DNA of 64,000 nucleotides from Spongospora subterranea f. sp. subterranea (Eukaryota): NCBI GenBank assembly GCA_049724395.1, contig JAUGWO010000155.1, positions 62,001 to 126,000 of the forward strand, read 5' to 3'. Shown piece by piece: positions 63,421 to 64,000 of this stretch (position 1 is its first letter; each line of letters starts with the position of its first letter). The notes under the pieces were generated by a model. It saw only the letters and a program-made list of their open reading frames with translations, ran no database searches and was not told where the DNA came from. The position numbers and the translations under genes were made by a program.

Positions 63421-63798
63421 TTGATATTGATAAAGCGCTCAGAACAACAAATGAGTCCTCCATTGTTGCCGACCGGTTCTGGTAGCTGACACTGCTGTTG
63501 AGTATTCATCGCCGCTTGTCATTGATTTACTATTGTTCAACGTTCGCGTCTCCGTTAATCGTCGCCGGTACCGCTGTTGGTTGAAAAGATTTCAACAATC
63601 GATAAGCCATTCAACGATCTCTTCTTTCCTAACGACATCAATCTCCTGATCTCTCATCACGATCCTTTCTCAACGTCAACATTGTCGCGATTTATGAAAA
63701 GTTATTGAGAGGGGTTTGGGTCACTTGCCATCACATGAACAAGAGGAACCAGAGCTTCGGGGAACACACGATGGGGAATCAGATTGGCCCGCTCCGTC

Positions 63799-64000
63799 TT
63801 ATGCCAAACAGCCAATCGCTGCCACAATCAGACTTCCCGCCGCGACCATCGCTCCGGCCGTCAATATTCCAATTCCGCCCGCCCCTCCAGTCCCGAACGC
63901 CAATGCACTTCCTGCCGCCAATGAGATGGCACTTAACCACATAGCCCCGGCCACCGGGGTCAACACGAACGCCCCCATGCCCATTGTCGTTGCCAACCCA
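63799..64000 (-). CDS. Small Gly/Ala-rich hydrophobic ORF, tandem copy 2 (may run off the window)
   Basis: Ends AAIGCLA*; shares TT.GMG and T.GAMV with copy 1; flanks aggaaccagag and gtcttatgccaaa repeat ~606 bp apart. Confidence 0.5.
   Translation of the reverse strand, partial: GLATTMGMGAFVLTPVAGAMWLSAISLAAGSALAFGTGGAGGIGILTAGAMVAAGSLIVAAIGCLA

Noticed and set aside
1..64000. Prokaryotic operons, defence systems, rRNA or tRNA genes
   Set aside because: Spliceosomal introns and eukaryote-specific genes occur throughout; no RNA gene was recognised by eye (tRNAscan/Infernal not run).

Overview
Eukaryotic, gene-dense DNA with many short GT-AG introns (mostly ~50-60 nt, some 150-260 nt). It looks like a flagellated protist, plausibly a plasmodiophorid such as Spongospora; the taxon is my inference only. 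Recognisable genes: Rdx/SelW-like CxxC protein, permuted papain-like amidase ending in SKL, bromodomain protein, BAR-PH-ArfGAP-ANK protein, SDP1/TGL-type patatin lipase with a C-terminal ACT domain, RPS5, IPI1/TEX10-like, TTLL, a class-3 pseudo-lipase, ESF2/ABT1, an IQ/coiled-coil protein, DBP5/DDX19, SEC8, a Zn2Cys6 factor with an inverted pseudogene copy, an LRR protein, an AHSA1-domain protein and a mu-class GST. Intergenic DNA is a mosaic of transposon scraps (Penelope, copia, plant-type mariner with a Stowaway-type TIR, an HDES-type Tc1/IS630 transposase, a CRE-like LINE, and an IS3/IS481-type integrase). The most striking unexplained pattern is that many scraps occur as diverged inverted pairs with short spacers: at least six short fold-back loci plus one gene-sized inverted duplication in 64 kb. 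This may be a TE-derived hairpin-RNA silencing system or a recurrent inverted-duplication process. All alignments and gene models were made by eye; boundaries and identities are approximate.
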